Program-made: the position numbers and the translations under genes
In this document: in pieces, positions 9,186-18,365 of the stretch
Numbering within the stretch: the stretch's first letter is position 1
How the letters are laid out: the number at the start of each line of letters is the position of its first letter
Notes under the pieces: generated by a model
Told to the model about the DNA's origin: nothing
What the model saw: the letters and a program-made list of their open reading frames with translations, nothing else
Database searches by the model: none
Assembly: GCA_039932125.1 (NCBI GenBank)
Contig: JBDTQP010000001.1
Location: 1-39,462, forward strand
Direction: 5' to 3'
DNA: 39,462 nucleotides
DNA from: Gemmatimonadota bacterium
GTDB lineage: Bacteria; Gemmatimonadota; Gemmatimonadetes; Gemmatimonadales; GWC2-71-9

Positions 9186-9190
9186 AGCAA
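9162..9190 (-). promoter_or_regulatory. Putative sigma70-type lexA promoter: -35 TTGCTC, 17-nt spacer, -10 TAATAT
   Basis: The minus strand reads TTGCTC (9190-9185), TTCGGTGGCCATTCGGG, TAATAT (9167-9162). This predicts a 5' UTR of about 30 nt with GGAGA before the ATG. Repeat copy 2 fills the spacer and copy 1 covers the predicted start site. Confidence 0.35.
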
Positions 9191-9194
9191 GGGG

Positions 9195-9983
9195 ATGACA
9201 CAGCCGACGCTCGACACCATCCTCGAGGAAACCCGACAACGGCTTCCTTTACTACGGGAATGCCGGGAACAGTTCGAAGAGGCCGCCGCCCACCGGCCTT
9301 CTCCTTCTTCTTTCCGCCGCGCCCTACTCGGTCCCACTCTGGGGTTGATCGCCGAGATCAAGCGTCGTTCGCCTTCCGCCGGTCGGATCGCGGACCTCGA
9401 TCCGGTTACCCATGCGCGTGCGTATGCTGATGGTGGGGCGAGTGCGATTTCGGTGCTTACGAATGAGCCCTTTTTCGGAGGATCCCTTGCCGATCTCACC
9501 CAGGTAAGCCGGGCGGTTCCAACTCCGCTGCTCAGGAAGGATTTCATTCTCGACGAGATTCAGATTCTCGAAGCTCGATCCGCGGGAGCAGCCGCCGTGC
9601 TTCTCATCGTTCGAGCCCTGAGCGGCGGGTTGCTCGCCCGGCTCATCGAAAAGACTCGCGAGATCGGCTTGGAGCCGCTGGTCGAAGTGCACACGGAAAC
9701 CGAAATTACTATGGCGTTGGAAGCGGGAGCCGATATACTTGGAGTGAATAGCCGCGACCTCCATACATTTACCATCGATACGCCCAGGGCGTGGAGCCTC
9801 TTTCCACTGATACCGGCGCATTGTGTCGCGATTGCCGAGAGCGGCATGTCCACAGTAGGCGATGTAACCGTAGCGGCCGTAGCCGGTGCCGATGCTGTTC
9901 TCGTCGGCACCGCGCTGTCGCGTCTGGCCGATCCGGGTGCCCTCGTTCGCCAGATTCGCCAGGTAGTGCGTCGTGGCCGCTAG
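9195..9983 (+). CDS. trpC: Indole-3-glycerol phosphate synthase
   Basis: 262 aa with ATG at 9195. Contains IAEIKRRSPSAG, ISVLTNEPFFGGS and GVNSRDL, typical of the IGPS TIM barrel. Confidence 0.9.
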   Translation: MTQPTLDTILEETRQRLPLLRECREQFEEAAAHRPSPSSFRRALLGPTLGLIAEIKRRSPSAGRIADLDPVTHARAYADGGASAISVLTNEPFFGGSLADLTQVSRAVPTPLLRKDFILDEIQILEARSAGAAAVLLIVRALSGGLLARLIEKTREIGLEPLVEVHTETEITMALEAGADILGVNSRDLHTFTIDTPRAWSLFPLIPAHCVAIAESGMSTVGDVTVAAVAGADAVLVGTALSRLADPGALVRQIRQVVRRGR

Positions 9984-10617
9984 CATAAAAATCTGCGGGC
10001 TCACCCAGCCCGACGATGCGGCGATTGCCGCTGGCGCCGGCGCATCATACCTCGGTGTGGTGTTTGCCAGGAGTCCACGCAGAGTCACCGCGAGTGTTGC
10101 CGAAAGCATCGTGGTTGCTGCCCGTGGTATTCCTGTCATTGGTGTGTTTGGCGGCCAGCAGGTATTCGAAATTCTACGCGTGTGCGCCGAACTCGGGCTG
10201 GCCGGAGCTCAATTGCATACGCCGTATCCCGTCTCTGTCGCCCGCCGTTTGCGCGATGCGGGTCTGCTCGTCTGGCGGGTCGGCCGGCTGGCCTTTCCGG
10301 AGGACCTTGACGGGATTGCTCTGCTCCGCGAAAGCTCGAGTGCCGTCCTGGTCGAGGCCCGCGTCCCTGATGCCTTGGGAGGAACGGGAGTATCGTTACC
10401 TTTAGACCTGGCCCGCGAGGCGCGCGCGCGCCTTCCCGGTCATCAGATGGTTCTGGCAGGCGGACTCACGGCGGAAATCGTCGCGGAAGCCATTGAAGCA
10501 GTACACCCGGACATTGTCGATGTAAGCAGCGGCGTCGAGCTCCGCCCCGGCGTCAAGGACCCTGATAGAATCATGAAGTTTATTGAGGCAGTGCTTGGTC
10601 ATCAGCCTTCCCGCTGA
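9973..10617 (+). CDS. trpF: Phosphoribosylanthranilate isomerase
   Basis: 214 aa with a GTG start that overlaps trpC by 11 nt. Has the N-terminal IKICGLT motif, C-terminal DVSSGVE and trp context. Confidence 0.85.
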   Translation: MAASIKICGLTQPDDAAIAAGAGASYLGVVFARSPRRVTASVAESIVVAARGIPVIGVFGGQQVFEILRVCAELGLAGAQLHTPYPVSVARRLRDAGLLVWRVGRLAFPEDLDGIALLRESSSAVLVEARVPDALGGTGVSLPLDLAREARARLPGHQMVLAGGLTAEIVAEAIEAVHPDIVDVSSGVELRPGVKDPDRIMKFIEAVLGHQPSR

Positions 10618-11797
10618 ACGTTCCGACGCGGGCCGATTCGGCGCATACGGCGGACGGTACGTCCCCGAGACGCTGATCGCGGCACTGGATGAGCTGGCCG
10701 CTCTCTATGACAGTGTGCGAGCGGATGCCGCGTTCTGGAATGAGTATCATGACATTCTGGCCTCATTTGTGGGACGGCCTTCACCACTCACCGAGGCGGC
10801 GGGCCTCAGTGAATATCTCGGCTGCCGACTCTTCCTCAAACGGGAAGATCTGAACCATACTGGCGCGCACAAGATCAACAATACGGTGGGCCAGGCTCTT
10901 CTTGCCCGTCGCATGGGGAAAAAGCGAATCATTGCCGAGACGGGGGCGGGGCAGCATGGCGTCGCGACGGCGACGATCTGCGCGCGATTCGGCCTGGAAT
11001 GCGTGGTGTACATGGGCGCCGAGGATACCGAGCGCCAGCGGCTCAATGTGTTTCGGATGCAGTTGCTCGGTGCGAGGGTGGTTCCTGTCGAATCTGGCAC
11101 TCGCACGCTCAAGGATGCGACCAATGAAGCGTTGCGTGACTGGGTCACCAATGTTCCGACGACCCATTACATCATCGGCTCCGTTGTAGGTCCTGATCCC
11201 TACCCCCGCATGGTGCGGGATTTTCAATCGGTGATTGGAACCGAAGCACGGGCCCAGGTTCTGGCTCGCACAGGTCGCTTACCGGACGTGGTCACGGCAT
11301 GCGTGGGTGGCGGCTCAAATGCGATTGGACTCTTCGCGGCCTTCCTCGACGACCCCGGCGTTGATCTCGTGGGTGTTGAAGCGGCCGGTCACGGCCTCGG
11401 CACCGGCGCTCACAGCGCGTCGCTGACCGCCGGGTCGCCCGGTGTGCTGCACGGCTCGCTCAGTTACCTGCTGCAGGACGAAGATGGCCAGGTCCTGCCG
11501 GCTCACTCGGTCTCCGCGGGACTCGACTATCCTGGCGTTGGACCTGAACACAGCTTCCTCAAAGATTCCGGACGAGTCCGCTATGAAGCCGTGACCGACA
11601 GCGAAGCCCTGACCGCATTTCAGCGGGTCTGCCGCCTGGAGGGGATTATTCCCGCTCTGGAAACTGCGCACGCCTTTGCCTGGCTGGAGCGGGTACGCGG
11701 CAGCTGGAACAGGGACGCTGTGGTGCTGCTAGGTCTGAGCGGCCGGGGGGACAAAGATGTCGAACAGGTCGCGACAATGCTCGGGGGCGTCCGGTGA
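10583..11797 (+). CDS. trpB: Tryptophan synthase beta chain
   Basis: [15 protein letters not shown], the PLP-lysine motif HTGAHKINN and [11 protein letters not shown] start at 10583 or 10595, overlapping the trpF 3' end. Confidence 0.92.
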   Translation: MRQCLVISLPAERSDAGRFGAYGGRYVPETLIAALDELAALYDSVRADAAFWNEYHDILASFVGRPSPLTEAAGLSEYLGCRLFLKREDLNHTGAHKINNTVGQALLARRMGKKRIIAETGAGQHGVATATICARFGLECVVYMGAEDTERQRLNVFRMQLLGARVVPVESGTRTLKDATNEALRDWVTNVPTTHYIIGSVVGPDPYPRMVRDFQSVIGTEARAQVLARTGRLPDVVTACVGGGSNAIGLFAAFLDDPGVDLVGVEAAGHGLGTGAHSASLTAGSPGVLHGSLSYLLQDEDGQVLPAHSVSAGLDYPGVGPEHSFLKDSGRVRYEAVTDSEALTAFQRVCRLEGIIPALETAHAFAWLERVRGSWNRDAVVLLGLSGRGDKDVEQVATMLGGVR

Positions 11798-13515
11798 GTG
11801 AGCCGACTATGAGCCCCACGGTTCTTCCGACGGTCCAGGTCGAGGAGCTGATCAAGACCATGGTCAAGGCGCTTCGCGCCTTTCAGATGTATCTGCCGAA
11901 CAATCCGATTTATCAGAAGGCGCACAGCAACATCATGAACGCGTTCAAGCCAGTATGGGAGAGCGTTGATGAGCTGGTGCTGTCTATCGTGGAGACAGAC
12001 TTCGTCTGGGAGGAGCTGGTCGTTTACCACCAGCCCGGCAAGAATGAGAGCATGGCCTGGACGTTGTACAAGGATGGCATGCGCGTGCTCACGTTCAAGC
12101 CTGGCGCTGAGAGGGTGGAGGTTGCCCGCTTCCTGGAGGTCGTGCAGAAGGCCCGGCTGCTCACGGCGGACGCCGATGATGATCTCAACACCCTGCTCTG
12201 GGAGATGCAGTTCGAACACATCGAATACCGCTTCACCGAGTTTCTCACCGACGCCGCATTGCTGGAATACACCGGCGAGCACGGTACCGGGCCCGCGCCC
12301 GAGGTGGTCCAGGAGCAGGTGAAGGAAGAAGTCACCGAGGCGAAATCCACGACGGAGGAAACACCGGGCCGGACCGGAATCGTCGATATGGAGGATTTCG
12401 ACTCGACCCTCTACTTCCTCGATGAAGCCGAGATCGCCTACATGGTGAGTGCCCTGGAAAAGGAATACCAGCAGGATTTCCGGAGCTCAACGCTGTACAT
12501 CCTGCTGGATCTGCTGGAGCTCCAGACCGACGACGCCGTCCGGGCCGAGCTGTTCGGCATCCTCGAGACGCTCATGCCGAACCTGCTCAATGCCGGGGAG
12601 TTCCGGTCGGTGGCCGTGATCCTCCGCGAGGTGCGGGTGATCGGTGAGCGAGCCAAGGGACTCACCGACGAGCAGCGGAAACGTCTCGACAATTTCCGGA
12701 GCCAGTTGAGTGCACCGACTGTGCTGACCCAGCTGCTCCAGGCGGTGGATGAAGCGACGGCCGCGCCTTCCGCCGATGACCTCGGCGAGCTGTTCCGGGA
12801 GCTGCGTCCTTCCTCTCTGGAGACCATTCTCGTCTGGTTGCCTCGGCTCAATTCGCCAACCATCCGCGAGCTCCTTGTCGAGGCCTCCGAGCGTCTCGCC
12901 GATGGGAGCCCCGGCGAGATTCTCCGTCTCCTGGGGCTTTCCGATTCAGAAGCGCTGGCGGGAACGATCGATCTCTGCGGACGGCTCAAGCTTCAGGGGT
13001 CGGTTCCCGGTCTGGGCTTCACCGTCAAGCACACCGAGCGGGACATCCGGCTGGCGAGCGTCAAGGCGCTGGTGGAGATCGGGACCGCGGGGGCGATGGG
13101 AACGATCGAGGGTGTACTGGATGATGCCGACCGCGAAGTCCGGATTACCGCCGTGCGCTCCCTGGGCAACCGGGGGTACAAGAACGCGCTCAAGCGAATT
13201 CAGAACGCGGTACTGAATCGGGGACTCAAGGGCGCGGACCTCACCGAACGAATTGCCTTTTTTGAAGCGTACGCCCTGATCGCTGGTACTGCCTCACTGG
13301 ATCCGCTGGCCCGGATTCTCATTCCGGGCGGGATGTTCCAACGGAAGGAGACGGCCGAGAGCCGCGCGTGCGCGGCCATAGCACTCAGTCGCCTGGGCAC
13401 GCCGGAAGCCCGGGACGTGCTGCAGCAGGTCGCCAGTGACAAGGATCTCGTCGTCCGGAACGCGGTGAATCGCGCTCTTCGAGAATCCACCAGCATTCGA
13501 GGCCCCGGACGATGA
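11794..13515 (+). CDS. HEAT-repeat protein with an N-terminal domain homologous to the N-terminus of the downstream HD-GYP protein; function unknown
   Basis: 573 aa. The C-terminal third has PBS-lyase/HEAT-like repeats ([44 protein letters not shown]) and there is an acidic central linker. GTG 11794 overlaps the trpB TGA (GTGA); ATG 11809 is the alternative start. The codon bias is GC3-rich like its neighbours. Confidence 0.7.
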   Translation: MSEPTMSPTVLPTVQVEELIKTMVKALRAFQMYLPNNPIYQKAHSNIMNAFKPVWESVDELVLSIVETDFVWEELVVYHQPGKNESMAWTLYKDGMRVLTFKPGAERVEVARFLEVVQKARLLTADADDDLNTLLWEMQFEHIEYRFTEFLTDAALLEYTGEHGTGPAPEVVQEQVKEEVTEAKSTTEETPGRTGIVDMEDFDSTLYFLDEAEIAYMVSALEKEYQQDFRSSTLYILLDLLELQTDDAVRAELFGILETLMPNLLNAGEFRSVAVILREVRVIGERAKGLTDEQRKRLDNFRSQLSAPTVLTQLLQAVDEATAAPSADDLGELFRELRPSSLETILVWLPRLNSPTIRELLVEASERLADGSPGEILRLLGLSDSEALAGTIDLCGRLKLQGSVPGLGFTVKHTERDIRLASVKALVEIGTAGAMGTIEGVLDDADREVRITAVRSLGNRGYKNALKRIQNAVLNRGLKGADLTERIAFFEAYALIAGTASLDPLARILIPGGMFQRKETAESRACAAIALSRLGTPEARDVLQQVASDKDLVVRNAVNRALRESTSIRGPGR

Positions 13516-15002
13516 ACGATCAGCATCGTCTCTCTTCCCGCGCCCAGGTCCCGGAAGGGGTGCCGCGGGCGAGCAGCGGGGAAGGCGCGCTCCGGCACAG
13601 CGGGCGGCAATTTCTTCTCGCGCTGTATACCGGGCTTCGCAGTCTCAAGCTTTACCCCATTGAGAATGCCACCGCGCAGAAAGCGCTTGATGACCTGCAG
13701 TCCGCCGCGGTGAGCCTGCTCGCGAGCGAGGAGGAGATCGAGCTTCGGATCTCGGGCGATTTCCTTTTCATCAACGCGACCCGTCTCCGGCTCGAGCTCG
13801 AGAACTACGCATCGTTCAGTTATATCCTGGCCACCTTTGCGTCGTTCGACATCGGAACCCTGCACGTCCGTCAGGGAGTCGAACGGCGGGAGTGGCAGAT
13901 CTTTGTCGGTCTTCTCCTCAACCTCGCGAGCATGGAGGAGAGTCCCGATAAGCTGATGACCCTGAGCGAGCGCCTGCAGAACGCCGCGGTGAGTCATATC
14001 GAGGTTGAACCCACCGTCGAGACGCAGGAACAGCTGGACGAGATAGAACGGGCCAAGGAGCTGGCGAAGCGCACCTACTCCCAGGGCGTGGCCGTCACAA
14101 AAGAGGTCGTCAACAGTGTTCGCATGGGCCGGACCGCGAGCATAAAGAAGGTGAAACGCGCGGTGCAGGCTATCGTCGACCAGGTGCTCAATAACGAGAC
14201 CTCCCTGATGGGGCTGACAACGATTCGTGATTACGACGAATATACGTTTACCCACTCGGTCAACGTCTGCATCTTTTCCGTCGCTCTTGGCCGTCGCGTG
14301 GGATTTACCCGGCTACAGCTCTACGATCTTGGGCTCGCGGCACTGATGCACGACATCGGCAAGGCGCGAATCCCCATCGAGATTCTCAACAAGACGAGCG
14401 GTCTCGACGAGAAAGAGTGGTTTGTCATCCAGGCCCATCCCTGGCTTGGCGCACTGACACTCTTCGAAATGCGCGGCTACAGCGAGATTCCCTATCGCTC
14501 GATTGTCGTGGCGCATGAGCATCATATGAAGATCGACCTCACCGGATACCCCCGGGTGGTGCGGGAACGCGAGCTGGGCCTCTTCTCGCGCATCGTGGCG
14601 GTGGCGGACGGGTTCGATGCGGCCACCACGCGCCGGTCCTACCAGAGCGTGCCGATTCAGCCCGACGAAGTGTTGCGGGAAATGTGGGAGAACCCGCGGC
14701 GCGGCTATGATCATGTCATCGTGAAAGCGCTCATCAATCTCATCGGTGTCTACCCGGTCGGGACCTGCGTCATCCTGGACACCTTTGAAGTCGCGGTTGT
14801 GTCGGCGGCGAATCCGGATCCGCAGTTTCTCAATCGGCCCCTCGTCAAGCTCGTCATCGATGCGAACGGCGCGGTCATTCCTCCACCGTCGCACGGGTAC
14901 AATCTGGCCGAGCAGGACGGGAGCGGCGCGTTCCTCCGTTCGATCGTAAAAGTCACCAATCCGGATCGCTATGGGCTCACGGTCGGCGACTATTTCGTCT
15001 GA
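13512..15002 (+). CDS. HD-GYP domain protein (putative c-di-GMP phosphodiesterase or sensor) with a divergent HHxxxDxxGYP motif
   Basis: 496 aa. Contains HSVNV...LMHDIGKARIP (HD), then AHEHHMKIDLTGYPRV (GYP) and ADGFDA. The ATG overlaps the upstream stop as ATGA (13512-13515). Confidence 0.85.
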   Translation: MNDQHRLSSRAQVPEGVPRASSGEGALRHSGRQFLLALYTGLRSLKLYPIENATAQKALDDLQSAAVSLLASEEEIELRISGDFLFINATRLRLELENYASFSYILATFASFDIGTLHVRQGVERREWQIFVGLLLNLASMEESPDKLMTLSERLQNAAVSHIEVEPTVETQEQLDEIERAKELAKRTYSQGVAVTKEVVNSVRMGRTASIKKVKRAVQAIVDQVLNNETSLMGLTTIRDYDEYTFTHSVNVCIFSVALGRRVGFTRLQLYDLGLAALMHDIGKARIPIEILNKTSGLDEKEWFVIQAHPWLGALTLFEMRGYSEIPYRSIVVAHEHHMKIDLTGYPRVVRERELGLFSRIVAVADGFDAATTRRSYQSVPIQPDEVLREMWENPRRGYDHVIVKALINLIGVYPVGTCVILDTFEVAVVSAANPDPQFLNRPLVKLVIDANGAVIPPPSHGYNLAEQDGSGAFLRSIVKVTNPDRYGLTVGDYFV

Positions 15003-15786
15003 TCCGTCGCTGACCTCCGCATGGGCGGATCTCCGGCAGCGGGGACGCACCGCTCTCATTCCCTATTGCACGGCGGGATACCCGGATTATGACGCGAGCC
15101 GCGACATGCTGCAGGCCGCTGATGAGTACGCGGACATCATCGAGGTGGGCGTCCCCTTCAGCGACCCGCTGGCCGATGGTCCAACTATTCAGCGCTCCAT
15201 CCATTCTGCGCTGGCGAAGGGGATGACCCTGCCGCGGACCCTCGAGCTGATCGAGCAGTCCAGGATGCAACACCCGGTCGTCGTCTTCAGCTATCTCAAT
15301 CCCATTCTCCACTACGGTCTCACCCGTTTTCTGCGCGATGCCTCGGCAATCGGTGTCGCCGGAGTGCTGTTGACCGATCTCCCCGCCGGCGCCGACAGCG
15401 CAATTGAATCGGAGCTTGGCGCAAGCTCGCTCGATCTCATTCGCCTGGTTGCTCCCACGACCAGCGATGCTCGGCTCAGGGAAACGGTGCGCGATGCCCG
15501 GGGTTTCATCTACCTCATTGCACGACTTGGCGTGACGGGAACGACTGCGGGTATCGATAACGGGCTCGCCGGGTCGGTCCACCGTGTGCGCGCCGCGACG
15601 TCTCTTCCGGTCGCGGTTGGATTCGGCATCGCCGACCCGGGGCAGGCGGCGCAGGTGGCCGGGCTGGCCGATGGCGTCGTCGTTGGAAGCGCGCTCGTGG
15701 AACAACTGGCGACCAGTGTCGAAGCCGGCCGGGTCCTGTTGCATGACCTGCGTGTTGCGCTCGACCGGGCGGACGGGTCCCGATGA
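14971..15786 (+). CDS. trpA: Tryptophan synthase alpha chain
   Basis: [30 protein letters not shown] and GVTG motifs. ATG 14971 overlaps the HD-GYP 3' end by 32 nt, and I saw no in-frame ATG/GTG/TTG just downstream. Confidence 0.9.
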   Translation: MGSRSATISSDPSLTSAWADLRQRGRTALIPYCTAGYPDYDASRDMLQAADEYADIIEVGVPFSDPLADGPTIQRSIHSALAKGMTLPRTLELIEQSRMQHPVVVFSYLNPILHYGLTRFLRDASAIGVAGVLLTDLPAGADSAIESELGASSLDLIRLVAPTTSDARLRETVRDARGFIYLIARLGVTGTTAGIDNGLAGSVHRVRAATSLPVAVGFGIADPGQAAQVAGLADGVVVGSALVEQLATSVEAGRVLLHDLRVALDRADGSR

Positions 15787-17858
15787 ACGTTCGAACCATT
15801 CTCGAGTGGTACGCGAGGCTCCTGGTGATCGTCGGCATTTCGGTCACCCTGGCGACGGTTTCCACGGATCTCCGGTGGTCGCAACACCCGATGCTGACCC
15901 TGCTCCTTCTGGGCATGGTCATCATCCTTCGCGGCGGTCAGATCTCGCTCACGAAGTATGCGTACCTGACCCAGATCGGTGTGCCGGCCCTGCTCGGTGG
16001 CATGGTGGCCGGCCCCGGCACCGTGGCCCTCGTCCTTGGCCTTGGTGTATTTGGATCCGATCTGCTCTGGGTTCGCAAGAATACCTTCGCCTCGCTGGTC
16101 AATGCGAGCCGGGAAGTCATCGCATTCATCGCGGCCTTTGGACTCTACGCCGGGGTGCTGCAGGTTACCCGTCCCTCCCACCTCTCGCTCGATTACCTGC
16201 CGGCGGCCGTCACCCTGCTCGCGATGTACTTTTTTCTCTCGCGCGCCATGTTCTACTTCACGCTGCTCTTCCGGGACAAGCTGGAGAGCGACGAGAAGCT
16301 GGTCATCCTGCGTTACGAGCTGCTCACTTATCTGCTGACGGCGAGCGCGGTATTCGTGGTGGTTGGCGCCATGGCCACGCTGTCCACAGTGGGATGGTTT
16401 ACGGTTCTCGTGGTGGTGAGCGTCATCGGACTACTGACCAAAAAGATCCTGGAAGACGCTATTGGCGCCGAAGAGCTGAACAAGGTCCACGTTCGTGAAA
16501 AGGTGATCGCAGGAAACCTGAGCCTGCAGGACAGCTTCGCGGAAATGGAGCGCCTTGCGCACCGGCTGCTGGACTGGGGAGACATGCGGGTGTACCGGAT
16601 TGCCGGGTCCGGCGCATCGCTGATATATCGCGGCGTTTACGGCCGGGACACGAGATCCGAACCACTCTACGATGCCGAAGCCCTCCGGGCTGAGGTGCTG
16701 CGGACCGCACAGGCGCTGGTGATCCAGGACTCGTCCAAGGACCCCCGCATCACCACTCCCGATCCCCATGCCCGAAGCATTCTCATCGCTCCGCTCAAAC
16801 TGGGCGACGAGATGATCGGAACCCTGGAGCTGGAGCACCACAAGCGCCACGCGTACCGTCCGCGCGACATGGAAGCGGTGATCACCTTCGCGGGGCAGCT
16901 CGCCACCGCGATACACATCGCCGACCTGCGGCAGCCGCTGGTGGAGACGGTGGAACGCATCGGCCGGCAGGTAGAGAATTTCGGGCGTCACGCTGAGATG
17001 CTTCGGCAAACCACTCTGATCGTTGCCGCGGCTTCGCAATCCATCCGGGACGGAATGGCCGAGCAGGGAAGCGTGGTCAAGACTGGCCTGGAAACCACAA
17101 CCTCGCTCGCGGTCGCTGTCGGGGATATGGCCAGTGAAGGCGCCCAGGCAGTCAAGGCGGCCGAGAACGCGAGTGAGATTGCCGCCAACAGCCAGGTCAC
17201 CATCGGCGATGCCGTCCAACGACTCGTGCAGCTGAAAGGCGTGGTGGCGGACAGCAGCCAGCAGGTGGATGAACTCGGCAGGATCACGGGAAGAATCAAC
17301 GAATTTATTGGCTCGATCCGGGAAATTGCCGACCTCACGAACCTGATAGCGCTGAACGCCGCGATCGAGGCTGCCCGGGCGGGCAAGCAGGGGCAGGGCT
17401 TTGCTGTGGTCGCGGATGAGGTGCGCCATCTCGCCGCCCAGAGTGCCGGGGCCTCGCGCGAAGCGGCGATGTTGCTGGAGTTGATCGGGACGCAGGTCGC
17501 GAGCGTCGCTGCACTGATGCAGCGCGGCCAGCAGGTGGTCATGGGCGTCGAAGATCTGAGCGCGGCCGCGGGACGCGCGCTGACGGCCATCGTCCAGTCT
17601 ACCAAAGATGCCGGGCTGCACGGGCGCCGCATCGCCACCACTGCCGCCAGCCAGCAGCGGGCCTTCGACCAGCTTCGCTCCCAGATCGACAAGATCGCGG
17701 CCGTTGCCTGGCGCACACTGGAAGAAGCCAACGAAATGGCGAGCCGCGCGTCACAGGCCACATCGGGGCACGCCGAGATGGAACAGGCGATCCGTGATCT
17801 CGGCGCTGTCGCGAGTCACCTGCAGGATATTGCCAGGACCTTCGCGGTCGAGGGGTAG
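15783..17858 (+). CDS. Polytopic membrane (about 7-8 TM) GAF-domain methyl-accepting chemotaxis-type transducer
   Basis: 691 aa. The N-terminal ~220 aa hold 7-8 hydrophobic helices with only short loops. A GAF-like region follows ([10 protein letters not shown]...[17 protein letters not shown]). The C-terminal part has the MCP hairpin-tip signature [40 protein letters not shown]. The ATG overlaps the trpA TGA (ATGA, 15783-15786). Confidence 0.85.
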   Translation: MNVRTILEWYARLLVIVGISVTLATVSTDLRWSQHPMLTLLLLGMVIILRGGQISLTKYAYLTQIGVPALLGGMVAGPGTVALVLGLGVFGSDLLWVRKNTFASLVNASREVIAFIAAFGLYAGVLQVTRPSHLSLDYLPAAVTLLAMYFFLSRAMFYFTLLFRDKLESDEKLVILRYELLTYLLTASAVFVVVGAMATLSTVGWFTVLVVVSVIGLLTKKILEDAIGAEELNKVHVREKVIAGNLSLQDSFAEMERLAHRLLDWGDMRVYRIAGSGASLIYRGVYGRDTRSEPLYDAEALRAEVLRTAQALVIQDSSKDPRITTPDPHARSILIAPLKLGDEMIGTLELEHHKRHAYRPRDMEAVITFAGQLATAIHIADLRQPLVETVERIGRQVENFGRHAEMLRQTTLIVAAASQSIRDGMAEQGSVVKTGLETTTSLAVAVGDMASEGAQAVKAAENASEIAANSQVTIGDAVQRLVQLKGVVADSSQQVDELGRITGRINEFIGSIREIADLTNLIALNAAIEAARAGKQGQGFAVVADEVRHLAAQSAGASREAAMLLELIGTQVASVAALMQRGQQVVMGVEDLSAAAGRALTAIVQSTKDAGLHGRRIATTAASQQRAFDQLRSQIDKIAAVAWRTLEEANEMASRASQATSGHAEMEQAIRDLGAVASHLQDIARTFAVEG

Positions 17859-17860
17859 TT

Positions 17861-18301
17861 TTGTCGAGCGAGCGAGCGTACCTGGCCCTGGGCAGCAACC
17901 TTGGCGACCGCTCAGGTTTTCTGAGCCTCGCGCGGAATGAGTTGAGCCGGTTGCCATCCTCCCGCATTGTAGCGTTCTCTTCCATTGAAGAAACCGCGCC
18001 GCTCGGCGGCCTGGACCAGCCCGGGTATCTCAACCAGATGGTTCTCCTGGAGACGGCGCTCGAGCCCCGCGCACTGCTGGCGGCCTGCCGCTCAATCGAA
18101 CGTTCCGCGGGACGGGATCGTACCGAACGCTGGGGTTCCCGCACTCTGGACATCGACATCGTTCGCTACGGTAGGATCGTGATGGCCGGACCTGAGCTGA
18201 CGATTCCTCACCCGGGTCTCGGGAACCGTGAATTCTGGCAGCGCGAAATCGCCGAGATCGGTCGCGTGATGGCGCAGCAGGAAGGCCGGTCGCCAGTGTA
18301 G
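17861..18301 (+). CDS. folK: 2-amino-4-hydroxy-6-hydroxymethyldihydropteridine pyrophosphokinase (HPPK)
   Basis: 146 aa. TTG start 2 nt after the MCP stop, preceded by GAGGGG. Contains AYLALGSNLGDR, RWGSRTLDIDIV, LTIPHP and REF. Confidence 0.85.
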   Translation: MSSERAYLALGSNLGDRSGFLSLARNELSRLPSSRIVAFSSIEETAPLGGLDQPGYLNQMVLLETALEPRALLAACRSIERSAGRDRTERWGSRTLDIDIVRYGRIVMAGPELTIPHPGLGNREFWQREIAEIGRVMAQQEGRSPV

Positions 18302-18365
18302 ATTTGCCGCTCGCGCAAGCGGTATACCCCTGATTTCGGACACCTTCGTTTCCCCACGGAATGCG

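Noticed and set aside
13200-14255. Long antisense ORFs inside confident genes: 13200-14255(-), 14313-15059(-), 16431-17621(-), 16988-17761(-), 25522-26475(-), 26436-27521(-), 32568-33632(+), 33847-34629(+), 36715-37410(-)
   Set aside because: Each fully overlaps a gene with strong family motifs on the other strand. All are Arg/Gly/Pro/His-rich with no domain signatures. This is the expected stop-codon-poor antisense artefact of high-GC DNA.
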